Shown: positions 29,374-40,861 of the stretch, piece by piece | Position numbering within the stretch: position 1 is the stretch's first letter | Layout of the letters: the number at the start of each line of letters is the position of its first letter | Assembly: GCA_034520965.1 (NCBI GenBank) | Contig: JAXHMY010000003.1 | Coordinates: 384,001 to 448,000, forward strand | Direction: 5' to 3' | Source of the DNA: Spirochaetia bacterium | GTDB taxonomy: Bacteria > Spirochaetota > Spirochaetia > DSM-16054 > Sediminispirochaetaceae | DNA: 64,000 nt | The notes under the pieces: model-generated | The model's database searches: none | What the model was told of the DNA's origin: nothing | The model's input: the letters and a program-made list of their open reading frames with translations, nothing else | Translations under genes and position numbers: made by a program

Positions 29374-32053
29374 TTAGAACCGGTCAAAATCATCATCTTC
29401 AAGGGATATCTGATCTTCCGGCTTTACCGGAGTAATCCCGGTCTCGCTCTTAGACTTTTGGTTGCTTCCGCCCCATCCTCCGGCAGTATTCTGCTGAGGC
29501 TTTTTACGGGCCTGCTGCTGATGTCCGAGATTTTTCAGATGACTTCCCTGGGTAAGGAGCTGCTGTTCCCCGCTGCTGTAACGCTCATCAAGCTGGAATT
29601 CTGCCACCATGCTGCGAAGCTGCTGGGCCTGTCCGGCAAGCTCTTCTGAAGCTGAGGCACTCTCCTCGGCACTGGCGGTACTCGCCTGGGTCGCCTCGTC
29701 TATCTGATCGAGTCCTTCAGTTATCTGTTCAATGGCCTGGGCCTGTTCCCGGCTCGCCTGGGCAATCTCCTCTAAGAAGTTGGCCACCTTTCCCGAGCCT
29801 TCTACTATCGCGGTAAGCTGCTTGTTCGTCGCCTCGGCCGCTTCGGTACCCTGTTTGATGTTGGTGACTGTGTCCTCCACCATCTGGGTGGTCTCTTTTA
29901 CAGAGTCGGTACTCTTTACTGCCAGGTTCCGCACCTCGTCCGCCACTACCGCAAAGCCCTTTCCGTACTTGCCTGCCCGCGCTGCTTCTACGTTTGCATT
30001 GAGGGCAAGGAGGTTGATCTGGAAGGCAATGTCGTCAATTACCTTTACCACCTTGTTAATCTCATCGCTGGAAGCGTTTATCTTCTCCATGCTCTCGGCG
30101 AGCTGCTGCATCTGCTGGTTGCCCTTCTCCGCGTCCTCGGTGGCCTGTTTGGCTATTCCGTGGGCCTCGGTGGCGTTTTCCGCATTCTGCTTGCTCTGGC
30201 TGTTTATCTCGTTGGTGGAACTGGTTATCTCTTCGAGGCTGCTGGCCTGTTCGGTGGCCCCCTGGCTGAGGTTCTGGCTGGCCTGACTTACCTGGTCGGC
30301 TCCGCTGTTTACCTGCTCTACCGAGCTGTTGACCTGGCCGAGCAGCTCGTTCAGGGCACTGACCATCTGCTGGAAGGATTTTCCAAGGGTATCCTGTTCC
30401 GAAGATACCGAGGCTTGGACCCGAAGGTTTTTATTCGCTATTTTCTCGGCGATCTCCGCTTTTTCCGTCTGATAGTCAATTACACTGGAGAAGGAATCTC
30501 CTATAACTCCCAGCTCATCACTTCTCTCTCGTTTAATCTTGTCGAACTCGTTCTGGATTTACACTCGAGAGGCTAATGTCGCCTATCGCAAGGTTTTGTG
30601 CTCCCGCAACAAGCAGTAGTATCGGCTTCGATATCGTCCTCGCAAAGAGTACCGCCGCTACAATAGCGATAAGGATCATCACCAGGGCGCTTATGAGGAT
30701 AAACATGGTAAGGGCATTAATCGGCTCGCGCACCTCCGCCTCGTCTATCTCCGACATGAGGGCCCACTGCGTGTCGTATACCTCGACCGGTCCATAGGCC
30801 GAGAGCACCGGATTGCCGTTGTAGTCGATAATGATTTTTGCGTCGGTTTCTCCGGCCAGCGCAGAGTTGGCTGCCTCAGTATCGACGCTTCCCGTGGATG
30901 GACGGGCAAAGGAGGCCGTTACGCTGTGGTTCTCCGGGTCGAGATAGGAATCCGACCGCATGAGTTTTTTCGGTCCTACGAGGTAGCTCTCTCCGGACTC
31001 TCCCATGCCGGTGCGTTCCCGCATGATCGAGTTTACCCGGTCCAGGGGCAGCTGCAGGGCGACGATGAGTTCCACATCTCCCTGACGAACGATAGGCTGA
31101 GCGATAAAGGAGGCCGGCTCACCGCCGGAGGGCTCGTAGGGGCTGAAGTCACCGAAACCAAAATCCTGGGTATCTATAGATTCCCGTACCGCCTCTCCCA
31201 AACTTGAGTCTGCATACTGCCCATCTATGATGTTGGTCCCGTAATCGGCCTCTTGCGCGACAGTGTAGAAGATCCTTCCCTCGGGATGGATGAGAAAAAG
31301 GTCGGAGTAGCCGTACTCATCGATGTATTCGGTAAAGTAGTCGCCCGTCCGCCCCTTGAGGGTCGGCACAATCGCCTCTTCCATATTCATCTTGCTAATC
31401 ATTACAAAATCGTAGCCATCGACAGTAACCGGAGAGTAGACGACCATGACCAGTTCTCCCGCGCTGTCGGTAAATACCTCCGAGCCCTCTCTTCCTTCAA
31501 AGGCTAGCTCTAAATACGCGGGGGCAATGTCGGTGGCATCGTAGCCGAAGACGAAGTCGCCCCCTCCCATAGTCTCCATCGCACTGCGGAAATACATACG
31601 TCCGTCTACCTGTTCCATAAGATAGCTCTCGCCGGTCTCTCCCATACCCGTACGGTTATCGAAAATTCGGTTCATAGCCCGGTTAAAGGTGCTGTCCGGG
31701 CTTATGTCGTTTCGGCTAACCTCGTTTGTGCGAAAGTAATTCTCCACCGCATCCCTTTTGTTAGAATGTACCGCCTGGAGCTTCCTGAATGCGGCTTGGC
31801 GTATGGACCCCACCGTCTCGTTGAGCACATTCATGTCACCCCTGCGCTCCCCGAAGTAGTTCTCGATCTGACCCTTTTTAATCTCCCGTATTGCCGACAG
31901 CTGCCCGTACTGCGCCTCCATAAGAGAATCGGTAGACTGCTGCACCGCTAAAAAGGTGACCACTCCTATGGCAAGGGCCACCACAACCACAAACATCAGG
32001 GTAATCTTGCCCCCTATACTCTTGAAAAACGATATTTTTCCCTCTTTCATCAT
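29374..32053 (-). CDS. MCP with Cache-type sensor (split by frameshift near 30555)
   Basis: TM-Cache(YSDLFLI...[11 protein letters not shown]...[11 protein letters not shown])-TM-HAMP; signalling domain near-identical to that of 9219-11495. Confidence 0.88.
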
Positions 32054-32074
32054 CTTCCTCCTGGATTTCTCCTG

Positions 32075-32437
32075 TTATCTATTATTAAGCCGTACGATTT
32101 CCTCGACGACCTTCTCGTACTCTTCGGTTTTATCAAAAAACAGATCCGCCCCCAGATGCAAACTTTGTTCCCTTATTTTCTGCCTTGAATTATTGGTAAG
32201 CACTATGATAAAAGGCCTGTCGGGGTGATTTTTCAAGTAACGAAGCACATCTAAACCGCTTCCGTCGGGAAACTGGATATCGAGGATCAGGACATCTACC
32301 GGTAGTGAATATAGATTACGGAGGGTGTTTTTCACATCGGAAGAGTTTTTCAGGTTGATATCTTCTATTTTCTGGGTAATAAGTTTCCCAAGGTTGCTTC
32401 GAATAAGGGCCGAATCATCGGCGATAAGAATGATCAT
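32075..32437 (-). CDS. Single-domain response regulator
   Basis: ILIADDS, LDIQFPDGSG, GADLFFDK. Confidence 0.85.
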   Translation of the reverse strand: MIILIADDSALIRSNLGKLITQKIEDINLKNSSDVKNTLRNLYSLPVDVLILDIQFPDGSGLDVLRYLKNHPDRPFIIVLTNNSRQKIREQSLHLGADLFFDKTEEYEKVVEEIVRLNNR

Positions 32438-32614
32438 GTAAAAAAGTATAGGGGGAAATTCCATCCCTGTATGTCACAAAATGTGCTACATTGCCTGTCG
32501 TAAATAATATGACAAAGAGATTTCTATCTTATCTGTTCATAAAAAGCGGGGTTATCGTACTTTTTACTTGAATATTCGTATTGACTCTCTGATTATTCAA
32601 TGATAAAATCCATT

Positions 32615-33757
32615 ATGATACCCAGATCGCAGTATAAAAACCACATAGTAAAAGCAATAAAGCGTTCCAAAGTAACAGCTATATTAGGCCCCCGGCAATG
32701 CGGGAAAACCACCCTGGCCACGGAAATCTCCAAAGAGATACAATCTCATTTTCTTGATCTGGAATCTCCCTCTGATCGGGCAAAACTGCAAAATCCGGAG
32801 CAGTACCTTACAGGTATCCCCGGTCTCATTATTATTGATGAAATCCAGCAGAGCCCCGAACTGTTTCAGGTACTTAGAGTGCTTGCCGATAGGTCTGATA
32901 AAAACGGCCGATTTCTTATCCTCGGCAGCGCCTCACCGGACCTTTCAAAGAGAGCTTCCGAATCTCTGGCAGGACGGATTGAGTTTATCGACCTGCACGG
33001 TTTCAACATCTCGGAAACGGGCTGGGAAGATTATCGCAGGCTATGGACCAGAGGAGGTTTCCCCCCTTCCTATCTTGCACACACAGAAGAAGACAGTATC
33101 GTATGGAGAGAAGGATTTGTCAGGACCTTTTTGCAGCGTGATATTCCTCAGCTTGGTATACACATACCTTCTGCAACCCTTCGCAGGTTCTGGACCATGC
33201 TGGCCCATAGTCATGGGCAACTTCTAAACAGTTCTCAACTCGCAAAATCCATGGGGATGAACGATAAGACCATCCGCTCTTACATTGATATCCTGACCTC
33301 TACCTACATGGTCCGCCAGGTACAGCCATGGCACGCAAACCTGAAAAAGCGTCAGGTTAAATCGCCAAAAATCTATGTTTCGGATACCGGTCTTCTTCAT
33401 CATTTACTAGGGCTCAGTGACATGGAGGACCTCTTGGGTCATCCTCAATTGGGCGCCTCCTGGGAGAGCTTTGTAATAGAACAAATACTGCGAAACATTC
33501 CCGCTCTTGTTCCTTACTTTTGGTCAACTTACAGCGGGGCGGAGCTGGACTTTTTTGCATTACATCGGGGGAAAAACATCGGTGTGGAATGCAAGTTTAC
33601 CGAGTCACCAAAAACAACTCGTTCCCAGCACGTTGCGCTTGAAGACCTGAAGCTTGAAAAAATATACGTTGTATATCCAGGGGCCGCACGTTATCCTCTG
33701 CATGAATCCATAGAAGCGTGTCCGTTGCCCGAACTTATCGCGGAACTGCGTAATTAA
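32615..33757 (+). CDS. AAA_14 ATPase with DUF4143 C-terminal domain
   Basis: GPRQCGKTT, IIDEIQ, ESLAGRI, RGGFP, KSPKIY, GAELD...ECK. Confidence 0.88.
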   Translation: MIPRSQYKNHIVKAIKRSKVTAILGPRQCGKTTLATEISKEIQSHFLDLESPSDRAKLQNPEQYLTGIPGLIIIDEIQQSPELFQVLRVLADRSDKNGRFLILGSASPDLSKRASESLAGRIEFIDLHGFNISETGWEDYRRLWTRGGFPPSYLAHTEEDSIVWREGFVRTFLQRDIPQLGIHIPSATLRRFWTMLAHSHGQLLNSSQLAKSMGMNDKTIRSYIDILTSTYMVRQVQPWHANLKKRQVKSPKIYVSDTGLLHHLLGLSDMEDLLGHPQLGASWESFVIEQILRNIPALVPYFWSTYSGAELDFFALHRGKNIGVECKFTESPKTTRSQHVALEDLKLEKIYVVYPGAARYPLHESIEACPLPELIAELRN

Positions 33758-33814
33758 CAGAAACCGGTACCGGCAATTTTCATCGTTTCGGCTGCCGCGC
33801 AGCGGCATGGGAAA

Positions 33815-34444
33815 CTATACCAAATTATGGGTGTAGGCGTAGCGAATAATATCTGTATTTGCTGTTAATCCCGTCTTATCGAGGATTCGTTTTCTGTACG
33901 TGTTGACGCTGCTTACGCTTATGTTCAGTTGTTCGGAAATCTCGCTTACCGATTTTCCCTGCCCGATGAGGACAAAGATCTGATACTCCCTGTCCGAAAG
34001 AAGCTCATGCGCCGGTTTGTCCCCTGCATTAAAATCCTTCGTATACAACTGCCGGGCCACTTCCTCGGTTATGTAACTCCCTTGGTGGTACACCTTTCGA
34101 ATAGCGTCAGCTATAGTCTTTGCCGCATAATCTTTTGTCAGGTAACCCGCCGCTCCGTTTTTGATAGCTCGCTGGGCGTATCTGTTCTCCGGATGCATAC
34201 TGAGCATCAGAACTCTAGTTTTAATTCTCTCCGCCTTTATATCCTTCAGTACTTCGATACCGTCTTTATCGGGCAATCCAATATCCAGAACCACCACATC
34301 TACACTATTGGTTCTGAGCAGCTGCATCGTCTCCTCTGCACTCTCCGCCTCGCCTATCAAAGTAATATCACTCTGTTTTTCAATAAGCTTGCTCATTCCG
34401 TCCCGTAACAGTTCGTGATCATCGGCAATTACCACTTTGATCAT
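33815..34444 (-). CDS. NarL/LuxR-family response regulator
   Basis: IADDH REC domain plus LSDREYQI HTH. Confidence 0.95.
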   Translation of the reverse strand: MIKVVIADDHELLRDGMSKLIEKQSDITLIGEAESAEETMQLLRTNSVDVVVLDIGLPDKDGIEVLKDIKAERIKTRVLMLSMHPENRYAQRAIKNGAAGYLTKDYAAKTIADAIRKVYHQGSYITEEVARQLYTKDFNAGDKPAHELLSDREYQIFVLIGQGKSVSEISEQLNISVSSVNTYRKRILDKTGLTANTDIIRYAYTHNLV

Positions 34445-35875
34445 TATTGTACCTCATTCTCAGAGACCGGAATTGTGAGCTTCACTGTTGTCCCTGTGCC
34501 GGGAGTACTTTCTATATCAAGAGTTCCAGCACACTGTTTGGCTCTCTCTTTCATTCCGATAAATCCAAAACTCATACTACCCTCTATCTCATCCACATTA
34601 AAACCGTATCCGTTATCTTTCACTTCAATTGACAAAATCCCGTTTTTAATTGCAGTTGAAATATGAACTTTGGTTGCTCCGCTGTGGCGCACACAGTTGG
34701 TAAGGGACTCCTGGACTATCCTAAACACGTGGAGCGATTTCTGTTTTCCCAAGTCTACATCCCGCTTTAGTGTAGATAATGTAACCGATATATTAAAGTT
34801 TTTTTTGAACTCCTCCACCTGCCATTTCAGTGCTTCTATGAGGCCTTCGGCATCAATCACACTTGGTCTCAGTTCCGTGGATATCTTCCTAACCTTTTTA
34901 ACCGTAGTTGTGATAATACGTTCCATATCATGAACAGCTTTTTGCAGATTTTCTTTGTCCGGGTTCTCATCTTCAAGGCATTGCTCTAAGAAAGTAACAT
35001 TCATTTTGAGGGCAGTTAATGATTGTCCCAAATCATCATGTATTTCCCGTGAAAGCTCAGCATTCTGCTCCTCACGTATATTCTGCAGATGTGCAGAGAG
35101 TTCCCGATACATCTGTTCACTCCGCCTCAGTTTATCCTCTTTTCTTGAAAGTTCGGTTATATCCCGGAAGGTGTACAGCCGTGTCCCGCCTTTGATATCA
35201 ACACTCTTTACGTTTACCAAGAGCACATGTTCCACTCCATGTGTATCAGCGAAAAGTTCTCTTTATATTGTATACTTCTCCCTTTTCCGCAGATCCTCAT
35301 TAGAGACTCAGGGGATCCCCAAAAAAAATTAGAGATATGTGCAAAAGATTTTACCTGCTCGGGAGAATAGCCAAAAATCACATGTACATTAGGACATATA
35401 TAAACAAACATCCCGGTTTCATCGGTAAGTAGCACTGTATCGGATATGCTTCCAAGAATCGTCCGGTGGAAATTCTCCGATTCTTTTAATTCGGTCTCGG
35501 TGGAATGAAGCTTTAGAGCCATTTCGACGGTTGCAAGAATGAACTGCTCATTACCCGGTACTTTTTGGATATAGCCGTACTTTATCATGTCCTTGGTCGT
35601 ATCCAAGGTTGTCTTATCAGTGTAGGCCGAATGAAGTACTACGGGGATATCGTACTTCTCATAAATTTCTCGGTGACTTCGGAACCGGTCATACTGCCCT
35701 TTCCAAGGTTTATGTCCATGAGAATCAAATCGGGCAGCGTTCCTGAATCTAATCTCTTTAAGCACGGCTCTCCGTGGGCGAACATCTCTACGGAATACCC
35801 GTTTTTTTGGAGAAAACGCTTTAACTGTTCATTGAGGATCATTTCATCTTCTACGATAAATATCTTTTTGTTCAT
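34444..35875 (-). CDS. REC-PAS-HisKA_3 sensor kinase (two frameshifts, near 35660 and 35320)
   Basis: Three overlapping ORFs give REC (IVEDE, LMDINL), PAS, then SREIHDDLGQ, QESLTNCVRH, DNGYG. Confidence 0.8.
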
Positions 35876-35936
35876 ATACTATTGTGTTTCCGATGGAGGT
35901 AGAATAATTATTCAAAGACTTGCATAATAGCTTAGC

Positions 35937-36831
35937 ATGAAATTTTCCATAATCACAACTGTTCTTATCTTCGTAATCAGCATTTCCGCTCTCGCGATGG
36001 CAAACGAAAAAGAGTTCGCCCCCGTATCGCAGGAGGAGTCTGTCCCTCGCCCGGTGTATCTTGTATACGGAATTGCCTATCAAAATGTCGAGTGGCTCAT
36101 GCGGTCCCTGCAGGAAGTTCAACTAGCGCTTCTGGATGATGGGGTTCCCTCTTTCATAACAGAGAAAGACGCATTTGCTTCAATCGAAGAAAACGCCCGG
36201 GTGATGAAGCGGGAAGTTCTGAACTATCTTGCCGAACATCCGAACTATATGCAAGTAGATATCATTGCACACTCAAAGGGAGGTCTCGAAGCGCGCTATA
36301 TGATCAGCCGCCTGGACATGGCGGACACATGTAGCAAGTCTGACTACTCTCTCAACACCTCACCGAGGAACACCGGTCGCAGAGTTTATAACCGAAGATG
36401 CGGGAGAGGGAGGGCGACTAATAGCAACAACCGTTGCAGATGCGGTAGGAACCCTGTTGGGAGACAGTAAACCTGATTCGGATAGTGCCTTTCACCAGCT
36501 CACCCCCGCTTATTTAGAAGGTTTTAACCAGAAGACGCCGAACCACCCGGGGGTTTACTATCTAAGCTTCGCATCCCAGATTGGAGAAGAGTACCCAAGC
36601 CTTCTCTACCGAACCATAGGAGAGGCCGTACATGAGGTAGCGGGAGCAAACGACGGCTTTGTTCCGGTAGAATCGGCCAAATGGGGGGACTTTCGCGGGC
36701 TGGTCTGTACTCTTTATGGGCACGAGGGGCTCAGTCACAGCGATATTATCGGGGGAAACCCGCTGACCTACAACGTAGATTTTGATTTTGTGCGCTTTTT
36801 TAAGGATATAGTGGAAATAATTCAGCAGTGA
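35937..36831 (+). CDS. Secreted alpha/beta-hydrolase (lipase-like), frameshift near 36328
   Basis: IAHSKGG nucleophile elbow; shifted frame gives VASLTTLSTPHRGTPVA; NDGFVP...SHSD. Confidence 0.8.
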
Positions 36832-37253
36832 ATCTATTCCTGCTCTCCCTGCTCATCTTCTAAATCAGTTGTTTCATTGTCAATCGAAAAAATATCCACC
36901 TGCACATTTAAGGAATGAGGCATTATCCGGTTACCGCACCTTCGCTGGCCGAGGATACCAGTTTTGCATACTTTGCAAGTGCCCCCCAGGTGTAGGCAAT
37001 TATTACTTTTTTTGTCATGTTTAGTCTAAAATCGGTGTCGCCTTCCTTCTCGATATTTTAAAGCACTCCAAAAACTCCGACTTATTCTTTGGGTACCCTA
37101 TTTTGTCACATAGATTTGAATAGAGAGCCCAGAATATAGAGATTTTTAATTTTTGAGCCGCCAAATTTGCCTAAAAGACCGGTAATAGCCTTGTCCCTTT
37201 TTGTTCATTTTTGTATGCTCTTATTGATATCTGCCAACAGGAAGTAAGAAACT

Positions 37254-38573
37254 ATGGTAAAAACGAGTTTTCCTAAGGGAGTCCATCCTCCGGAAGAGAA
37301 AGACCGCACATCGAGCATTCCAATTGCCGATCTGCCTCTTCCAGAGAAGATTTCGATACCCCTATCACAACATCTTGGTAAACCCGCAAAAGCGACGAAA
37401 GGCCGTGGTGATACAGTGACAGTGGGTGAGCGAATCGGTGAGGCCGACGGCTTTATCTCTGCCCATGTTCATTCTCCAGTTTCTGGAAAAGTAAAAAAGC
37501 TGGTCCAGCTTCCGCTTCCCGGCGGGCGCATGGGTGAGTACATGGAGATCGAAGTAGACAAAGAGGCAACCGAGGCTTTCAGTTTCCCCGAGAAAGAGTT
37601 TGACCTTGAAAATGCCACTCAGGAGACAGTAGCACAGACGCTCAAAGAAGCCGGAATAGTCGGCCTGGGCGGAGCAACCTTTCCTGCAAACGTAAAGTTT
37701 ACTCCCCCGAAAGGAAAGACATTAGACAGTCTGATTATTAACGGGGCGGAATGCGAGCCCTATCTTACCTGCGATCATCGGATGATGCTGGAGCATGCTG
37801 CGGAAATTATTGCTGCAATCAGAATACTCCACAAAGCGTACGCCTTTGAACAAATACTCGTCGGTATAGAAGAGAACAAAAGTGACGCCGCACAGGCTCT
37901 TAAGGAAGAGGCCGATAAATATCAGGATCTTCCGATTCAAGTGGTTACCACGAAGGTAAAGTATCCCCAGGGGGCGGAAAAGATGCTTATCCAGGCCCTT
38001 ACCGGTCGGATAGTTCCCAAGGGCAAACTCCCGCTTGAGGTGGGAGCGGTCGTCTCAAACGTGCAGACCGTGTATGCCATGTACGAAGCCTTCTACCGGG
38101 AGAAACCCTTAATAGAGCGGGTTCTGACAGTTACAGGCGACGGTATTGCAGAACCAAAGAATATCCGCGCTCCCCTTGGTACTCCAATTGCAAAACTGTA
38201 TGAGTTTTGCGGCGGGATGAAAAGCGAACCCCGAAAAATGATCGCCGGCGGACCTATGATGGGGGTTGCATTGCCGACTATCGACTATTCAGTGATGAAA
38301 GGTTCTTCGGGCTACCTTCTCTTTGACAGTCCCTCGGTACCGGAAGAGGGACCGTGTATTATGTGCGGACGCTGCGTGCAGGCCTGTCCTATGAACCTGG
38401 TTCCACTGCGTATCGCAGCACTGGCGAAGGCCGAGCAGTACGCCGAGGCTAAGGAGTACGATGCCACCTCCTGCGTGGAATGCGGTGCCTGCGCCTTTGG
38501 CTGCCCTGCAAAAATTCGTCTGGTCGCCTGGATTCGTTATGCGAAAAATTTTATCAATATACGTGGTCTCTGA
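37254..38573 (+). CDS. rnfC: Rnf complex subunit C
   Basis: GIVGLGGATFP, NGAECEPY, two 4Fe-4S motifs. Confidence 0.95.
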   Translation: MVKTSFPKGVHPPEEKDRTSSIPIADLPLPEKISIPLSQHLGKPAKATKGRGDTVTVGERIGEADGFISAHVHSPVSGKVKKLVQLPLPGGRMGEYMEIEVDKEATEAFSFPEKEFDLENATQETVAQTLKEAGIVGLGGATFPANVKFTPPKGKTLDSLIINGAECEPYLTCDHRMMLEHAAEIIAAIRILHKAYAFEQILVGIEENKSDAAQALKEEADKYQDLPIQVVTTKVKYPQGAEKMLIQALTGRIVPKGKLPLEVGAVVSNVQTVYAMYEAFYREKPLIERVLTVTGDGIAEPKNIRAPLGTPIAKLYEFCGGMKSEPRKMIAGGPMMGVALPTIDYSVMKGSSGYLLFDSPSVPEEGPCIMCGRCVQACPMNLVPLRIAALAKAEQYAEAKEYDATSCVECGACAFGCPAKIRLVAWIRYAKNFINIRGL

Positions 38574-38675
38574 GATAGAGGACGCAGAAAGGCCGGGCTG
38601 CGTACAGCTTAGGCGGCGGCCGAGTGGGTCTTTCCGTCCGTACCTATGCACGCTCAGGAAAGGAGTTGCAATTAG

Positions 38676-39668
38676 ATGACAGAAAAAAGAGAAGGTTATA
38701 TCATAACCTCTTCCCCCCACCTATTCTCATCTTCGACTACCCCAAAAATTATGTATACGGTACTCGCTACCCTTTTACCGGTGGCTCTAGTATCGGTGCT
38801 TTTATTTGGCATGAAGGTGTTACTGTTGTATGCAGTCTCAATAGCTACAGCTGTGGCGACCGAGGCTGCAGTGAAGGCGGCACGCCGGAAAAGCATCCGC
38901 AGCATTTATGACGGCAGCGCCGTTATCACCGGACTCTTGCTGGTAATGGTAGTTCCCCCCGATTTGTCCCCGGTGTTTGTTGCCCTCGGTGCCTTTGTGG
39001 CTATTTTCATTGGTAAGGAAGTCTTTGGAGGGCTTGGAGCTAACGTGTTTAATCCGGCCTTGGTCGGACGTGCCTTTCTCTCGGCATCCTACCCAGTACA
39101 GATGACCAGTTACTCCCAACCCCAGGCACTGTTTCCCATTGCCGGCGGAGTGGATGCAGCAGGAGGGGCAACCCCCCTTGCAGCGGCCCGATTCGAGGGA
39201 GTAGTTGCACCATTGAAATCACTGCTCTTGGGTCAGATCGGCGGAAGTATCGGTGAAACCTGTGCTCTGCTGATTATCATCGGAGGAGTAGTACTGATAG
39301 CACTGAAAATAGTTGATTGGCACCTGGTACTCTCCTACCTCGGAACGGTCTTTCTGTTGACGGGTTTGTTCTATTTAATCGATCCTGGTACATACCCTTC
39401 CCCTCTATTCCACCTTCTCTCCGGAGGTTTGATGCTAGGGGCCTTTTATATGGCCACCGACATGGCTACATCCCCCTACACTCCCTGGGGTAATGTTATT
39501 TTTGGAGTCGGTGCCGGTTTGATTGTAGTAGTGATCCGCCTCTTCGGGGGATTTCCGGAAGGTGTGATGTATTCAATTCTCCTTATGAACGCTGTAACTC
39601 CCTTAATTAACCGATACACCCGGCCTAAGACCTTCGGCAGCCCCTCCGGGAAAGGAGCGGTCTCATGA
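38676..39668 (+). CDS. rnfD: Rnf complex subunit D
   Basis: SSPH, FGGLGANVFNPALVGRA, GATPL. Confidence 0.95.
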   Translation: MTEKREGYIITSSPHLFSSSTTPKIMYTVLATLLPVALVSVLLFGMKVLLLYAVSIATAVATEAAVKAARRKSIRSIYDGSAVITGLLLVMVVPPDLSPVFVALGAFVAIFIGKEVFGGLGANVFNPALVGRAFLSASYPVQMTSYSQPQALFPIAGGVDAAGGATPLAAARFEGVVAPLKSLLLGQIGGSIGETCALLIIIGGVVLIALKIVDWHLVLSYLGTVFLLTGLFYLIDPGTYPSPLFHLLSGGLMLGAFYMATDMATSPYTPWGNVIFGVGAGLIVVVIRLFGGFPEGVMYSILLMNAVTPLINRYTRPKTFGSPSGKGAVS

Positions 39669-40237
39669 AAAAGATGATTATCGTTCTTACTGCAGTTGCA
39701 ATTATTTCCGGTACCACCCTGGCAATCGCCTATTCGGCATTTCTGCCTCGCATCCAGCATAATCAACAGGTTGCACTGGAGCGTTCTCTGGGTGCACTCT
39801 TCGAGCAGGGTGAGAGCCCCGAATTTTCCGAAATCGAAACCGAGGGACCGACAATATATCGAGCCCGCGCGGAGGGCCAAGTAATCGGCTACGCCGTGAG
39901 AGTAGTGACCACCGGCTATGGTGGTGAAATCCGCCTGCTGGTTGGTATTGGCCCCAATCTGGAAGGGATTACCGGAATGGAAGTGGTAGAACATGTTGAA
40001 ACTCCCGGTTTGGGAGGTAAAATTGACGACTCTTCCTTTAAGAAGCAGTTCGAGGGTCTGCAGCCCCAGCAGGATATTTCCTATGTGAAGGGCGGAGATA
40101 CTCAGGCGAAAGAGAATTCGATAGAAGCGATTTCGGGAGCAACCATCTCTACTGATGCGGTTGTCAGCGGAATCAATAAAACCCTAGATTCCGCGCTCCC
40201 GGCACTTACCGATAGAGCCGGAGAGGGAGGGGAATAA
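39665..40237 (+). CDS. rnfG: Rnf complex subunit G
   Basis: GYGG, ETPGLG, ISGATIS FMN-attachment motif. Confidence 0.93.
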   Translation: MKKMIIVLTAVAIISGTTLAIAYSAFLPRIQHNQQVALERSLGALFEQGESPEFSEIETEGPTIYRARAEGQVIGYAVRVVTTGYGGEIRLLVGIGPNLEGITGMEVVEHVETPGLGGKIDDSSFKKQFEGLQPQQDISYVKGGDTQAKENSIEAISGATISTDAVVSGINKTLDSALPALTDRAGEGGE

Positions 40238-40860
40238 TGAAAAACGAAACGCTATTAAGCCATTTTGGAAAAGGATTGATAAAGAACAATCCGGTGTTTG
40301 TGCAAGTATTGGGTATGTGTCCCACCCTGGCAGTAACAACCAGTGCAGTCAACGGCCTTGCCATGGGAGCGGCAACTACTTTTGTACTTTTTTTCTCAGC
40401 CACCATTGCCACGATAGTAAACGTAATCGTTCCCAATCAGGTACGAATTCCGGTGTATGCAGTAATAATTGCTACCTTTGTGACGATCGCCGACTTGATT
40501 CTAAAGGCCTTTTTTCCTCCGCTGTCGGCAGCACTCGGACCTTACGTCCCGCTGATTGTGGTAAACTGCATGATCATGGGACGCATTGAGGCCTTTGCAA
40601 CACGCAACCCTATTCTGCCCTCGCTGGCTGATGCCCTGGGAATGGGGGCCGGTTTTACCGCCGCACTGATGATACTTGGTGCTGTCCGCGAACTTTTGGG
40701 TGCCGGTGAGATTTTCGGCGCGGTCATTTTTGGCTCAGCTTATCCGCCTATGCTGATTATGATTCTTCCGCCCGGAGCTTTTCTTGTGCTGGGAATTTTG
40801 ATGGCTCTCTTCAATCATTTGCAAGAGAAGGATTCTCCAATTTTGAGGAAGGCAGGTTGA
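40237..40860 (+). CDS. rnfE: Rnf complex subunit E
   Basis: LGMCPTLAV, PLIVVNC. Confidence 0.95.
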   Translation: MKNETLLSHFGKGLIKNNPVFVQVLGMCPTLAVTTSAVNGLAMGAATTFVLFFSATIATIVNVIVPNQVRIPVYAVIIATFVTIADLILKAFFPPLSAALGPYVPLIVVNCMIMGRIEAFATRNPILPSLADALGMGAGFTAALMILGAVRELLGAGEIFGAVIFGSAYPPMLIMILPPGAFLVLGILMALFNHLQEKDSPILRKAG

Positions 40861-40861
40861 T

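Noticed and set aside
36925..36990. c-di-GMP-II riboswitch-like words (GGGCACTTG...GTGC...AACCG on minus strand)
   Set aside because: Spacing and pairing do not fit the motif and no suitable downstream gene exists; an Infernal/Rfam search would be needed
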